Assembly (NCBI GenBank): GCA_963843795.1
Contig: CAWJLW010000006.1
Location: 1,674,001 to 1,738,000 of the forward strand
From: an uncultured bacterium
Lineage (GTDB): Bacteria; Armatimonadota; Abditibacteriia; Abditibacteriales; Abditibacteriaceae
Direction of reading: 5' to 3'
Length of the DNA stretch: 64,000 nucleotides
How positions within the stretch are numbered: the stretch's first letter is position 1; each line of letters opens with the position of its first letter. A model generated the notes under the pieces. The model ran no database searches and was not told the origin of the DNA. It saw only the letters and a program-made list of their open reading frames with translations. Made by a program: the position numbers and the translations under genes. Shown here piece after piece: positions 9,757 to 20,053 of this stretch.

Positions 9757-9792
9757 GCAATTGTGTAATTACAGCATTTTCATCACTATTTG

Positions 9793-9864
9793 CGAAAACG
9801 ACGAGGCGAGATAGAGCGGTATTGTCAAATACCTATCTTTCGCGCTTCGTCTTTTTCGTTTTCA
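9793..9864 (+). terminator. Long structured 3' element/terminator after precursor 2
   Basis: CGAAAACGACGAGGCG..GGTATT-GTCA-AATACC..CGCTTCGTCTTTTTCGTTTTCA. Confidence 0.65.
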
Positions 9865-9952
9865 GCCCAAGAAATTTACCGGGAGCGGAACGACAATTGC
9901 AGGACGCAGCTTGAAGGTAATTCTTCTTGCTCCTCAACGGTCAACCTCTGCT

Positions 9953-10321
9953 ATGCGAATTTTATTTGTCGATGATATGCCCGATACGCGCGATGTGTTC
10001 CGTTTGGCCTTTGGCATTAACGGTCATGAAACCCATGTGGCCGGAACTGGCTTCGATGCCATTGAAGCCTTACGCGCCGAAGCTTTTGATGCCGTCATTA
10101 TGGACGTGGAAATGCCCGGCATGAACGGTTGGGAAACCGTGAGCCAAATGCGCTCGCTACCCAACGGCGAAACAGTTCCTATTGTCATGTTCACCGCTTA
10201 TTCGGGCCACGAAGACAAAGAAAAAGCTCTCAAAGCCGGAGCCAACGACGTTTTTCAGAAGCCCATGCTGCCCGGTGAATTGCTGCGACGCCTAGAAGCA
10301 TTGCGCTCGGAAGAATCGTAA
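9953..10321 (+). CDS. Single-domain response regulator (receiver)
   Basis: MRILFVDD, IMDVEMPGMNG, MFTA, KP. Confidence 0.9.
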   Translation: MRILFVDDMPDTRDVFRLAFGINGHETHVAGTGFDAIEALRAEAFDAVIMDVEMPGMNGWETVSQMRSLPNGETVPIVMFTAYSGHEDKEKALKAGANDVFQKPMLPGELLRRLEALRSEES

Positions 10322-10354
10322 AAAGGACACTTTTCTTCGCAGTTAACGCCTTAC

Positions 10355-11563
10355 ATGTCCGCACTTCGAGCAATACCCACGGTTTTCATGACGCGCCTTC
10401 GCTCCATTTTTACCTGCTTCACAGTTGCCAGCGTAACTTCAGGTGCAAGGACTTGCAGCGCGCAAAATGCCAATATTACCTCGCCGCAAAGATTGCAGTT
10501 TCGTCTTGCCCTACCCGGCTACAAATTTCAGTTTCCGCGCGATCACGGTTCACACCCTGAATTTCGCACCGAATGGTGGTATTACACCGGACATCTGCGC
10601 GACAAAACTCAGCGTCGTTTCGGCTATCAGCTCACTTTTTTTCGCACTGCACTCGCCCCAGAAATTCTGAAGCGCAGTTCAAAATGGGCATCGCGTGACG
10701 TGATGTTCGCTCATTTCGCTCTCACTGATGAACGGGGCCAGCGATTCTTCACTGATGACCGTATCAGTCGTAAAGCTCTGGGTTTGGCCGGTGCCGAAAT
10801 TGCGACTTCAAAACCACCGCGCATCTGGCTTGGAGATTGGAATATACAGTTTACGGGCAAACGTGGACAAAGCCAAGCGATTCGGGCTCAAGGTCGCGCG
10901 CGCAACCAAAACGACGCGATTTTCGCGATTGATTTGAAGCACAGCGCAGTTCACGGTCCGATTGAACACGGACAAAATGGCGTTTCGCAAAAATCGTCGG
11001 GCGTTGGGCGCGCATCACATTACTACAGTTTCACGCGCTTAAATTCCGTGGGCAAAGTCACGATTGGCAACCAAAATTTTTCGGTTGAAGGCCAGAGCTG
11101 GTTCGACCACGAATTTGGCTCGAGCCAACTATCGAGCCAGCAAACCGGCTGGGATTGGTTCTCACTACAACTCAGCGATGGCCGCGATTTAATGCTGTAT
11201 CAACTGCGTTTGCAAGACGGTCAAACCGACCCATTTTCTTCTGGCACTATCATTTCCTCCGACGGCAAAGCGCGCCATCTGAAGCGCAGCGATTTTTCGA
11301 TTGGAGTTTTGAACAATTGGCGCAGTCCCCATACTAATGGCGTTTATCCCGCGCAGTGGCGCGTGAAGGTGCCACGCGAAAAAATCTCTCTGACAATCAC
11401 GCCTACTCTTCCCGATCAGGAATTAAATACCAGCCGATCGACTGGTATTTCCTACTGGGAAGGTTTGGTAAATGCGACAGGAAGTAGCCAAAAAGGTGCA
11501 GTTACTGCACTGGGCTACGTCGAACTAACCGGCTACGATAAGCGATTTAAAGGCACATTTTAA
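10355..11563 (+). CDS. AttH/CrtC-like lipocalin-domain protein (start may be 10388)
   Basis: FPRDHGSHPEFRTEWWYYTG, SWFDHEF, GWDWFSLQL, YWEG, GYVELTGY. Confidence 0.9.
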   Translation: MSALRAIPTVFMTRLRSIFTCFTVASVTSGARTCSAQNANITSPQRLQFRLALPGYKFQFPRDHGSHPEFRTEWWYYTGHLRDKTQRRFGYQLTFFRTALAPEILKRSSKWASRDVMFAHFALTDERGQRFFTDDRISRKALGLAGAEIATSKPPRIWLGDWNIQFTGKRGQSQAIRAQGRARNQNDAIFAIDLKHSAVHGPIEHGQNGVSQKSSGVGRASHYYSFTRLNSVGKVTIGNQNFSVEGQSWFDHEFGSSQLSSQQTGWDWFSLQLSDGRDLMLYQLRLQDGQTDPFSSGTIISSDGKARHLKRSDFSIGVLNNWRSPHTNGVYPAQWRVKVPREKISLTITPTLPDQELNTSRSTGISYWEGLVNATGSSQKGAVTALGYVELTGYDKRFKGTF

Positions 11564-11572
11564 GATTTCACT

Positions 11573-11610
11573 CAAAAAGCGTTTGGCAAGTACTTGCCAA
11601 ACGCTTTTTG
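11573..11610. terminator. 38-bp perfect palindromic terminator centred on GCAAGTACTTGC
   Basis: CAAAAAGCGTTTGGCAAGT|ACTTGCCAAACGCTTTTTG just after the stop at 11563. Confidence 0.8.
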
Positions 11611-11846
11611 GTCGCTCACAGCAACGGTTAGGAAAACCCCACTGCGGTCGGAGAAATCGCGGCCACACATAAAAATTTCCCACCAAATTCAAAACATAAA
11701 CATGCCATTTGAATTTTGTCGGGCGAATTAGATGAAGTGAAAAACTATCAAAATTCTTACGGTAGCGCACCATTAATCTTATCGATTTCTACAGTATTTT
11801 TCACCGGAAGATGAATTGTATTGTAGCGAGGTGTTGCGATAGTAAC

Positions 11847-11881
11847 AGAAACGTCCGCTTCAACTTGAAGCGGACGTTTCT
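11847..11881 (-). terminator. Hairpin terminator (motif-free) downstream of the stalk-domain gene
   Basis: AGAAACGTCCGCTTCAA-C-TTGAAGCGGACGTTTCT. Confidence 0.65.
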
Positions 11882-11908
11882 TATCGGGCTGCAAGTGCTT
11901 GCAAAGCT

Positions 11909-12976
11909 TTAATTGTTGACGTAGTTAATGCGCTCGTTGTAGTAGCCGGTTGTATCGTTGTAGGCCAACGGAGTGTTCAACCGCACGCCGAATTCCGAAT
12001 TAGCGGGCAGCATGGCTTCGCGCGCCTTGTCTTTGTTCTTCGACATATCGTACAGCAAGCCACCGACGCCACCGAGAATGGTGGGAAGAACTCCATCTTT
12101 CTTCAACACGCGACCCAGCAGAAAGCCTGCACCGGCACCGATGCCAATAACTTTCAAGCGGTCAGTGTTGCTACGCGCATTACTGCGTGCCATAATGCGT
12201 CCCTGCGTCGTGGAGGTAACCGAAGCGTTGTCCAAAGCAATCAGTTCGCCGCGCAACGGGTAACGCTTGCCATCGGGCAAAATTACGTTGCGGAAATCGA
12301 GGTCGAGTACGCCGGGATTGCCGCCATTTTTGGCCTGCGCTTCGGAAATCACGCCTTCGATTTTGCTACCGGCGGGAAATTCGGAATCGCCCAAGCGATC
12401 AGATTTTACAGTAGCGGTGAAAGTATCACCGACGCGAGCATTAGCCGAACTCAACTCTTTGTCCAGAGTGACTGGAACCACAACGCCAGCGGGAACGCTT
12501 ATGGTTCGATATCCCGCGACTTGCGAACCACCGTTCATCATTCCACCGCTTGTGCTGATCGAAACCAGTTGCGTGTTGCCGTTCCAGGCAACGTTAGCAC
12601 CCAACGCGTTCGACACAAAGCGCAGCGGCACGAAAGTCACACCATTGCGCACTAAAGGAGCTTGGTCGAGGTAATTATCGCGGCCATCGACTTGAGCAGT
12701 GCGATTACCAATTTGCAAGTTCACGTCGGTCGCGCCACGCTTGGCGGTGATACCGCGGGTGTAAGAGTTGTAATTGACGGTCGCACCGAGCGCTTCAAAA
12801 ATGTCGCGCATCGGGACAAGCGTGCGCCCGTTCATAATCATCGGACGCGACGAGGTTGCAAGCGGCTGTCCATTCAAACGAATCGAGGGAGCGGCGCTGG
12901 CGGTTCCGACGAGTCCAGTAGAAGCGGTGGCCAAAGTCAGCAGTGCGGCAGTTGTGAATTTCTTGTTGGTCTTCAT
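11909..12976 (-). CDS. Secreted copper amine oxidase N-terminal (stalk) domain protein with TrbI/VirB10-like beta region and glycine-zipper-like segment
   Basis: RBS CAGGAG; signal peptide MKTNKK..ASA; NGRTLVPMRDIFEALGATV and FVPLRFVSNALGANVAW; LSSANARVGDTFTATV. Confidence 0.8.
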   Translation of the reverse strand: MKTNKKFTTAALLTLATASTGLVGTASAAPSIRLNGQPLATSSRPMIMNGRTLVPMRDIFEALGATVNYNSYTRGITAKRGATDVNLQIGNRTAQVDGRDNYLDQAPLVRNGVTFVPLRFVSNALGANVAWNGNTQLVSISTSGGMMNGGSQVAGYRTISVPAGVVVPVTLDKELSSANARVGDTFTATVKSDRLGDSEFPAGSKIEGVISEAQAKNGGNPGVLDLDFRNVILPDGKRYPLRGELIALDNASVTSTTQGRIMARSNARSNTDRLKVIGIGAGAGFLLGRVLKKDGVLPTILGGVGGLLYDMSKNKDKAREAMLPANSEFGVRLNTPLAYNDTTGYYNERINYVNN

Positions 12977-13324
12977 AATATTTATCTCCTGTGCGATAAT
13001 TTTATTTTCACGACGTTGTTCCATACATTTGTTGTACAATGCAATGTTTTGCAATCGTGAGGTATTATCGCTCTCATGTTGAGTTTCGACGGTGGGTCTC
13101 GCAAATTGTTCGCCGGATTTATTTTTTCTTTGAAAATTGCCAGTTTTCAACGTCAAACGTTCTGCAAGTACTTGCGACGCGAATTTTCAAATTCAATTAG
13201 CCAATCCAATGTGAAGAAAGAATTGATTGCTACAACTCCTAATTGTTCGCACTATTCCACACCACAACCCCATTCGCGAATTGTTAATCTTTAATCATCC
13301 AACGCCTTGATTTGAATTTATTTT

Positions 13325-14062
13325 TTGCCCGTGACTTCTTCTGTGCCGCCTCAAAATTTGGAACTCGATAAATCGGGCGCAACTGTGCGCGCGATGTTCG
13401 ATGAGATTGCGCGAACTTACGACGCGCTCAATCATGGTTTATCGCTGAATCAAGACCGGCGCTGGCGACGGCGCGCGGTGCAACTGCTTTCGCTCAAAAG
13501 TGGCCAGCGCGTTCTGGACGTGTGCTGTGGAACCGGCGATTTGATGCTGGAAATGCAGCATCAGCAGGTGCACAGCGAAATCAGCGGACTCGACTTTTCG
13601 GTGCCGATGCTGCGCGGCGCTCAAAGCAAAAGCGCGCTCCCAATTCTGGCAGGCGACGCACTGCATTTACCGTTTTCCAATGAAACCTTCGATGTGGTAA
13701 CCGTCGCTTTTGGCGCGCGTAATTTTCAAGACACACAACGAGGGCTGGAAGAAATGACGCGGGTTTTGAAGCCACACGGCAAAATATTGGTGCTGGAATT
13801 TATGCGTCCACGCGCGCTTTTGCTACAACGATTTTTCAGCTTTTTCAATTTACTGCTGGCACCAATCGGCACCCGCGTTTCGGGTCACACCAGCGCTTAT
13901 AAGTACTTGCCGCAATCTATCGGTGGCTTTTACACAAGCGACGAATTCGCGAAATTACTGCGCTCGTGCGGGTTGAAAGATGTGCGCGCATTTGACTATT
14001 CGTTGGGCGTTGCGACCGCCTTTATCGCGCACAAAGCCGCAAAAAGTGACAGCGCATTATGA
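13325..14062 (+). CDS. ubiE: Ubiquinone/menaquinone biosynthesis C-methyltransferase (UbiE/MenG)
   Basis: MFDEIARTYDALN, VLDVCCGTGD, FGARN, AYKYLPQSI. Confidence 0.9.
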   Translation: MPVTSSVPPQNLELDKSGATVRAMFDEIARTYDALNHGLSLNQDRRWRRRAVQLLSLKSGQRVLDVCCGTGDLMLEMQHQQVHSEISGLDFSVPMLRGAQSKSALPILAGDALHLPFSNETFDVVTVAFGARNFQDTQRGLEEMTRVLKPHGKILVLEFMRPRALLLQRFFSFFNLLLAPIGTRVSGHTSAYKYLPQSIGGFYTSDEFAKLLRSCGLKDVRAFDYSLGVATAFIAHKAAKSDSAL

Positions 14063-14673
14063 AACATTTCATCGTCGCACTGACCGGCGCTTCGGGCCAT
14101 GGTTATGCTCTGCGCTTGTTGCACAAATTGTTGCGCACCGATTGCCAAATCGAAATTACAGTTTCCGAAGCCGGCTGCGTCGCACTAGGCGTCGAAACTG
14201 ACGTGAAGCTTAAAGCCAATGCGATTGATGTCGGGAAACTTATCGCTGCTGCGGGTTTAAACCCGACTCCGCAATTACTTAAGCGCGTCACAGTTTCCAG
14301 TCCGCGCGATATTGGTGCGCCAATGGCCTCAGGTTCTAACCGCCACGATGGTATGGTTGTCGTGCCGTGTTCGATGGGCACTTTGGCGCGAATTGCCAAT
14401 GGTTTGGCCAATGATTTAATTGCGCGCAGCGCCGATGTCGCGATCAAAGAACGCAGACGTTTGATTTTAGTGACGCGCGAAATGCCGCTTTCCCTGATCC
14501 ATCTGCGCAATATGCAGCAAGCGACCGAAGCGGGCGCGATTGTGATGCACGCCTGTCCGCACTTTTATCATCGCCCGCAAACCGTTGAAGAAGTTTTAGA
14601 TACCGTCGTTGACCGCGTTTTGGATCATCTCGAAGTTCCAGTCGATACGCGGCGCTGGAAAGAAGATAATTAA
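14059..14673 (+). CDS. ubiX: Flavin prenyltransferase UbiX
   Basis: ALTGASG, ASGS, PCSMGTLARIANG, REMPLS. Confidence 0.93.
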   Translation: MKHFIVALTGASGHGYALRLLHKLLRTDCQIEITVSEAGCVALGVETDVKLKANAIDVGKLIAAAGLNPTPQLLKRVTVSSPRDIGAPMASGSNRHDGMVVVPCSMGTLARIANGLANDLIARSADVAIKERRRLILVTREMPLSLIHLRNMQQATEAGAIVMHACPHFYHRPQTVEEVLDTVVDRVLDHLEVPVDTRRWKEDN

Positions 14674-14701
14674 TGCCCTGCAAGTACTTGCAGGGCATTA
14701 A
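14670..14701. repeat. 32-bp perfect palindrome centred on the motif, between ubiX and ubiA
   Basis: TTAATGCCCTGCAAGT|ACTTGCAGGGCATTAA, overlapping the ubiX stop. Confidence 0.9.
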
Positions 14702-14725
14702 ATTGTGGACAGTTTTCAATTGATT

Positions 14726-15619
14726 ATGAACACTTTGAATGCGACCTCGAAAACTACGACAAAAGTGCGCGATTATTTTGAATTGGTCAAGTTCAGTCAC
14801 ACGGTTTTCGCGCTGCCGTTTGCGCTGGGCGCGATGCTGATTGCTGCGCACGGTTTGCCCGCATGGTCGAAAATCGGCTGGATTTTATGCGCAATGATCG
14901 GTGCGCGCACGTCAGCGATGGGCTTTAATCGCATTGTTGACCGCGACATCGACGCGCGCAATCCACGCACGCAAAACCGTGAACTTCCGGCTGGCAAAAT
15001 CTCGCTTTCGGGCGCATGGATTTTAGTCGTGCTCAGCGCTCTGCTCTTCGTTTTCGCCGCTCATCAATTAAACCTACTGGCTTTCGTGCTATCGTTCCCC
15101 ACCCTTGCCTTGTTGTTCGCTTATTCGTGGTGCAAACGCTTCACTTCGCTGTCGCATTTCGTTTTGGGATTGTGTTTAGGAATTGCACCTGCCGGCGCTT
15201 GGGTCGCGGTGCGCGACTACAATAGCATTTTTCAAATCGAAGCTGCACCGATTGTTTTGTGCATCGCGGTCATGCTATGGGTCGCTGGATTTGACGTGAT
15301 TTACGCCACGATGGACGATGAATTCGACCGCGAGCAACAACTGCATTCTCTGGTGCAACGTTTGGGAGTTCCGCGCGCGCTATCCGCCGCGCGCTGGCTT
15401 CACGCGGGCTTCATCGGATTGTTGGGATTGTTTGGCGTTCTGGCGCAGTTGGGCGCGATTTTCGGGATTGGCGTGCTGTTAATTGCGAGCTTTCTGGTTT
15501 ACGAGCATTCGCTGGTCAACCCACGCGATCTCAGGCGCGTCAATGCGGCCTTTTTCACAGTCAATGGCGCAATTAGCGCGCTATTTCTGGGTTTGGTTGT
15601 ACTGGATCTGTGGCTCTAA
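14726..15619 (+). CDS. ubiA: UbiA-family polyprenyltransferase (MqnP-like, futalosine-pathway type)
   Basis: KFSHTVFALPF, AMGFNRIVDRDIDARNPRT, GFDVIYA, VNAAFF. Confidence 0.88.
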   Translation: MNTLNATSKTTTKVRDYFELVKFSHTVFALPFALGAMLIAAHGLPAWSKIGWILCAMIGARTSAMGFNRIVDRDIDARNPRTQNRELPAGKISLSGAWILVVLSALLFVFAAHQLNLLAFVLSFPTLALLFAYSWCKRFTSLSHFVLGLCLGIAPAGAWVAVRDYNSIFQIEAAPIVLCIAVMLWVAGFDVIYATMDDEFDREQQLHSLVQRLGVPRALSAARWLHAGFIGLLGLFGVLAQLGAIFGIGVLLIASFLVYEHSLVNPRDLRRVNAAFFTVNGAISALFLGLVVLDLWL

Positions 15620-15659
15620 AACGGTTGCAAGTACTTGCAGGTCAATTCATCGAAGATTT

Positions 15660-16100
15660 TCAGTCGGCTGCGCGGGCGAGGTCCTCAATGGTTTGAAACA
15701 GTGAATCGAAATCGACCGGTTTGGTGAGCTGTACATCGTATCCGGCGACCTGAGCGCGCTCTTGTTCTTCGTCGGCGTCGTAGCCGCTGAGGGCGATAGA
15801 TTTGAACGGATGGAGCGAATTCATTTTGCGCAACGCACTCATCAATTCATAGCCGTTCATGCCGGGCATTCCGATATCAGAAACGATGACGTTGGGAGCG
15901 AAATCGGAAGCGACTTCGAGCGCTTCTGGGCCAGATAAGGCTTTAGCCACGCTATAGGCGCGACGGCTCATCATGAGTTCCATCATATCCAGCATGTCTT
16001 GATGGTCATCGACTAAAAGCACACGGACAGCGGCTTGCGTGGCTGTATCTACTGTTGCATCCATACGATTGTTGGCAGCGCCATTTGATGCAGAAATCAT
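15660..16100 (-). CDS. Single-domain response regulator
   Basis: VLLVDDH, SDIGMPGMNGY, IALSGY, TKP. Confidence 0.9.
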   Translation of the reverse strand: MISASNGAANNRMDATVDTATQAAVRVLLVDDHQDMLDMMELMMSRRAYSVAKALSGPEALEVASDFAPNVIVSDIGMPGMNGYELMSALRKMNSLHPFKSIALSGYDADEEQERAQVAGYDVQLTKPVDFDSLFQTIEDLARAAD

Positions 16101-16260
16101 GACTTTCCTCGCAAAACCGTTGTGTCAGACAAAAATTTGTGGAGAACAAACCACAGCAGTGAAAGGGTTAGCTTTAGTCTAACCGAAATGCTATATACCA
16201 CGCGAAGATCGAGCTTTGAGTATTTCAATTGCTTTCGCCGATTTTGGCACTTTTTCGGTT

Positions 16261-17133
16261 TTATCGCACAACTTCGTCGCCACGCAGCAATCGCAAAAGC
16301 GTATTTTCGAGCGAAATATCGGTGGCCACCAAACTATATCTCATGCCGTAACGAAGGCAGAACGTGCGCAAGCCGCCACAATGCTCGTCCAAATTTTGCT
16401 GATAGATTTTTAGCAGCGCACCTGACATCGATACTTCGCGTGTGGTTCCGTTTTCTACGTCCGTCAATTTCCAGTCGCCTGTCATTTGCGGTTCGAGTTC
16501 TTCGCGGTCGAGAATTTGAAGTGCGATAATTTCAAAGCCGCGCGCCGCTAAAATTTTCAAGCCATCTTCATAGCCTTCGGGCATCAGAAAATCAGATAAG
16601 ACAATTGCCAAACCGGGCCGTTGTGCGCGCAACGCGACGTTTTTGGCCACGCGAGTCCAATCGGTACTGCCATGGGAATTCAAATTTTCCATCCAGCGCA
16701 GTAAGCCCGGCACCGCGCTACGACTGCGACACGGCGGCAACGATTGCAAAATTTTCTCGTTGAAACTATGAGCGCTGATGCGGTCGTAATGCGTTAATCC
16801 GATGTAGCCCAACGCGCCGGCGATTTCGCGCGCGCGCTGCCATTTGGTGCCCTGATCGAAGCTCATCGAAGCCGAAGCATCGAGCAGCAGCGTGATGTCC
16901 AAATCTTCTTCTTCCATGAACATTTTGAGATACAATTTCTCAAATCGTCCATACGCGTTCCAATCGACGCGGCGCAAATCGTCGCCAAAATTATAGGCGC
17001 GAAAATCGGCGAACTCGACTGAAGAACCGCGTTTGGTCGAACGCTTTTCCCCTTTGGACGTGCCGGTAAAAGCGCGCCGCGCGTGCAAAGAAAGCGCATC
17101 GAGTTGGCGCAAAAGAGTGGGCGAAAGCAACAT
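16261..17133 (-). CDS. DUF58 domain protein (MoxR-associated, VWA-like)
   Basis: SVEFADFRAYNFGDDLRRVDW, LLDASASM, LSDFL. Confidence 0.9.
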   Translation of the reverse strand: MLLSPTLLRQLDALSLHARRAFTGTSKGEKRSTKRGSSVEFADFRAYNFGDDLRRVDWNAYGRFEKLYLKMFMEEEDLDITLLLDASASMSFDQGTKWQRAREIAGALGYIGLTHYDRISAHSFNEKILQSLPPCRSRSAVPGLLRWMENLNSHGSTDWTRVAKNVALRAQRPGLAIVLSDFLMPEGYEDGLKILAARGFEIIALQILDREELEPQMTGDWKLTDVENGTTREVSMSGALLKIYQQNLDEHCGGLRTFCLRYGMRYSLVATDISLENTLLRLLRGDEVVR

Positions 17134-17316
17134 AAGGAAAAGCGTCCTGCAAGTACTTGCGATGCCTGAAAGAAGGGTTCAGTTTATCGCACGCCACACA
17201 ATTCGCGAAAACTTGTCTTGCAGCGAGCCGCAAGTACTTGCAGTCAACGGCAGCACACAACAAATCCACACTTCTTTTGTCCGAAAAGCTGCTGTCAATA
17301 ATTGCACTCAACACTC

Positions 17317-19899
17317 ATGAAAAACTCAGTTGCTTTTCTTCTAACCTGCGCGGTTGCGACTTCGATTTCAACTCACACCACAGCAACGCCTGTCGAGCCA
17401 TCCTTGGAAAATACCGCAGCGAAAAATACCACAGCGCGTATCGGTCAGCCGATTTTGGATAAGCAACAACAGCTTGATCGTTGGAATTGGCGCGACAACC
17501 ACGACGACAATTGGTTTAAGCAGAACATTCCTTTTTGGGAGTCGCCCGATGAAGATATTGACCGCACCTATTATTATCGCTGGGAATTGGTCACCAAACA
17601 CATGATTTACGGTTCGCCAAACAGTGGTTACACATTCAGCGAATTCGTTGATCGGCCCGGCTGGTCGGGCGCGTATGGCGCGATTTCTTGTCCGCTGGGT
17701 TTGCAAATGGAAGAAGTGCGCTGGCTGCGCGACCCGACATTTGCCAAAGATTTTGCGCGCTACTGGTTCAATACGCCGGGCGCGCAACCGCGCAGCTATT
17801 CCAACTGGTTCGGTGATGCGGCTTGGAATACTTTTCTGGTCAATGGCGACCGAGATTTCATTCTGCACTTGCTGCCAGCAATGGAAAAGCAGTATCAAGG
17901 TTGGATAGGCGAGCGCTGGGACGAAGAGCATCAGATGTTTCACTGGAGCAGCATGCACGACGGTATGGAATTCACTATCGCTAGCCGTCAGACCCAAGAC
18001 GAATTCGCCGGAGCCGACAGCTATCGCCCGACTTTGAACTCCTACGTTTATGGCGATTTAATTGCGCTGGCCAAAACCGCAGAATTAGCTGGAAATAAAG
18101 TGAAAGCGCGCGATTATCGCACCAAATCTGAAGCACTAAAAAACCGTGTCCAAGATGAATTATGGGACGATAAGCGCGAATTTTTTATTGGTCAGTTCGC
18201 CCACGACGAAGAAAAAAACGGTCACAAAATTAAAGCGAAAACTTTGATTTATGAAGATGGCCAGTTTCAGGGCGATTCGCACGGGCGCGAACTGAGCGGT
18301 TTTGTGCCCTGGCAGTTCAACTTGCCCGACAAAAATCGAGGTTACGAAAGGGCATGGAAAAACGTTGTCGATACAAAAAAATTTCTAGCGTCTTATGGTT
18401 TATATTTCACCGAGAAAAACGATCCGTTGTTTTTGATGACGCAACGCAGTTGCGTGTGGAGCGGCAATAACTGGCCTTTCGCCAACGCGCAAGTACTTGC
18501 AGCGATGGCGAACGTGCTCAATAATTATTCGCAAAAAGTCATCAACAAAAACGATTATTTCAAAGTTCTGAAAGCCTACACAAAAGGATGCGTGAAAGAG
18601 GGCAAGCCTTATCTGGCCGAAACTTCCGACCCGATTACCGGTAAATGGACGGAAGACACATTCAACCACAGCGAGCATTATTTTCATTCGTCTTATAACG
18701 ATCTGATTATTAGAGGTTTGGCCGGTTTGCGTCCGCGTCAGGATAATATTGTAGAAGTGAATCCCTTGATACCAGACAGTTGGAATTATTTCGTCCTCGA
18801 CGAAATCAATTATCACGGTCATCGCCTGAGCATCGTGTGGGACAAAGAGGGCACGCGCTATAAGCGCGGACGCGGCTTGATGATTTTCGCTGATGGAAAG
18901 CGCATCGCCTCAGCATCCAAAATTGGTAAGTTACAAGCGTCTTTGCCTGATATCACACCTCAAACTACAGAAACCGTGCGCATGGTGAATTTCGCGGTCA
19001 ACAACGATAGCACGTATTACCCGCGCGTGCGCGCTTCTGCGTATGGCGAACGCGGAGTGGGAGATGTAAACGATGGCAATTTCTTCTATCACGCAGATCG
19101 CCCGCTCAATCGCTGGACGACACAAGGCTCGACCAAATCACAAGAGTGGCTGGAAGTTGATTTCGGCACCAAACGTCCGCTCGAAATGGTGAAATTGTAT
19201 ATTTTGGATGATGGCGCGAATCAAAAAGTTCGCGCACCGCAATCGTTTAGCGTTCAATATTGGGATGGCGACAATTGGAGTCTTGTGCCCAATACGCAGC
19301 GTTCGCCTTTAAAGCCAAGAGGTCATTTGCCCAACATCGTGCAATTTCCGCAGGTCGCCAGTTCGCGCCTGCGTATCACATTCACACCGCAAGCTGGTGC
19401 TGCAGTAGGTTTGAGCGAAATCGAAGTGTGGGGAAAATCGCAATTGCCCTTAAGCGCGCCGAATGTGCGAGACAATCTGGCGCGGGGTGCCAAAGCCAGC
19501 GCGTCATTCACCAGCAAGTTCGACACAATTGGGGAAGTTAATGACGGACAAATCGTGATGAGCGGCGGGCGCAATCGTTGGACGGCGTTTGAATCGCCCA
19601 ACAAAAGCGATTGGGTGCAGCTCGATTTTGATAAATCGGTCACAATTGCGCGTATCGAACTCGCGCTTTGGGCCGACGGCGGCGGTGTGCGCACACCGAA
19701 AAGCTACTCGTTTCAATATTGGGACGGGCAAAATTGGCAGGACGTAAAAGAAACGAAACGGGCACCCGAAAAGCCAACGCTACGCGTCCCCAACGAAATC
19801 CAAATCGAGCCAGTGCAGACCAATAAATTGCGCGTAAATTTTGAACACAGCGCGCCCGGCTTCAGCGGTCTGAGCGAATGGCTGGTGTGGGGCCAGTGA
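17317..19899 (+). CDS. Secreted six-hairpin (MGH1/GH63-like) glycoside hydrolase with two C-terminal discoidin (F5/8C) domains
   Basis: Signal peptide; YYYRW, HDGME, RPTLNSY, WSGNNWP, HSEHYFHSSYND; two WLEVDFG/WVQLDF..QYWDG repeats. Confidence 0.8.
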   Translation: MKNSVAFLLTCAVATSISTHTTATPVEPSLENTAAKNTTARIGQPILDKQQQLDRWNWRDNHDDNWFKQNIPFWESPDEDIDRTYYYRWELVTKHMIYGSPNSGYTFSEFVDRPGWSGAYGAISCPLGLQMEEVRWLRDPTFAKDFARYWFNTPGAQPRSYSNWFGDAAWNTFLVNGDRDFILHLLPAMEKQYQGWIGERWDEEHQMFHWSSMHDGMEFTIASRQTQDEFAGADSYRPTLNSYVYGDLIALAKTAELAGNKVKARDYRTKSEALKNRVQDELWDDKREFFIGQFAHDEEKNGHKIKAKTLIYEDGQFQGDSHGRELSGFVPWQFNLPDKNRGYERAWKNVVDTKKFLASYGLYFTEKNDPLFLMTQRSCVWSGNNWPFANAQVLAAMANVLNNYSQKVINKNDYFKVLKAYTKGCVKEGKPYLAETSDPITGKWTEDTFNHSEHYFHSSYNDLIIRGLAGLRPRQDNIVEVNPLIPDSWNYFVLDEINYHGHRLSIVWDKEGTRYKRGRGLMIFADGKRIASASKIGKLQASLPDITPQTTETVRMVNFAVNNDSTYYPRVRASAYGERGVGDVNDGNFFYHADRPLNRWTTQGSTKSQEWLEVDFGTKRPLEMVKLYILDDGANQKVRAPQSFSVQYWDGDNWSLVPNTQRSPLKPRGHLPNIVQFPQVASSRLRITFTPQAGAAVGLSEIEVWGKSQLPLSAPNVRDNLARGAKASASFTSKFDTIGEVNDGQIVMSGGRNRWTAFESPNKSDWVQLDFDKSVTIARIELALWADGGGVRTPKSYSFQYWDGQNWQDVKETKRAPEKPTLRVPNEIQIEPVQTNKLRVNFEHSAPGFSGLSEWLVWGQ

Positions 19900-20053
19900 G
19901 TTGTTCCTCAGCCAAAAGCGGCATTCATTATTTTCAAGCAAAAATTGGCTCGCAAGTACTTGCGGTGGCTTCTACGGTTCCAAATCAACGGAAAATTCAT
20001 TATCTTTCCTTGCCTTTACGTAATTACATTTATTTTGATAACCTGAAGGGACC

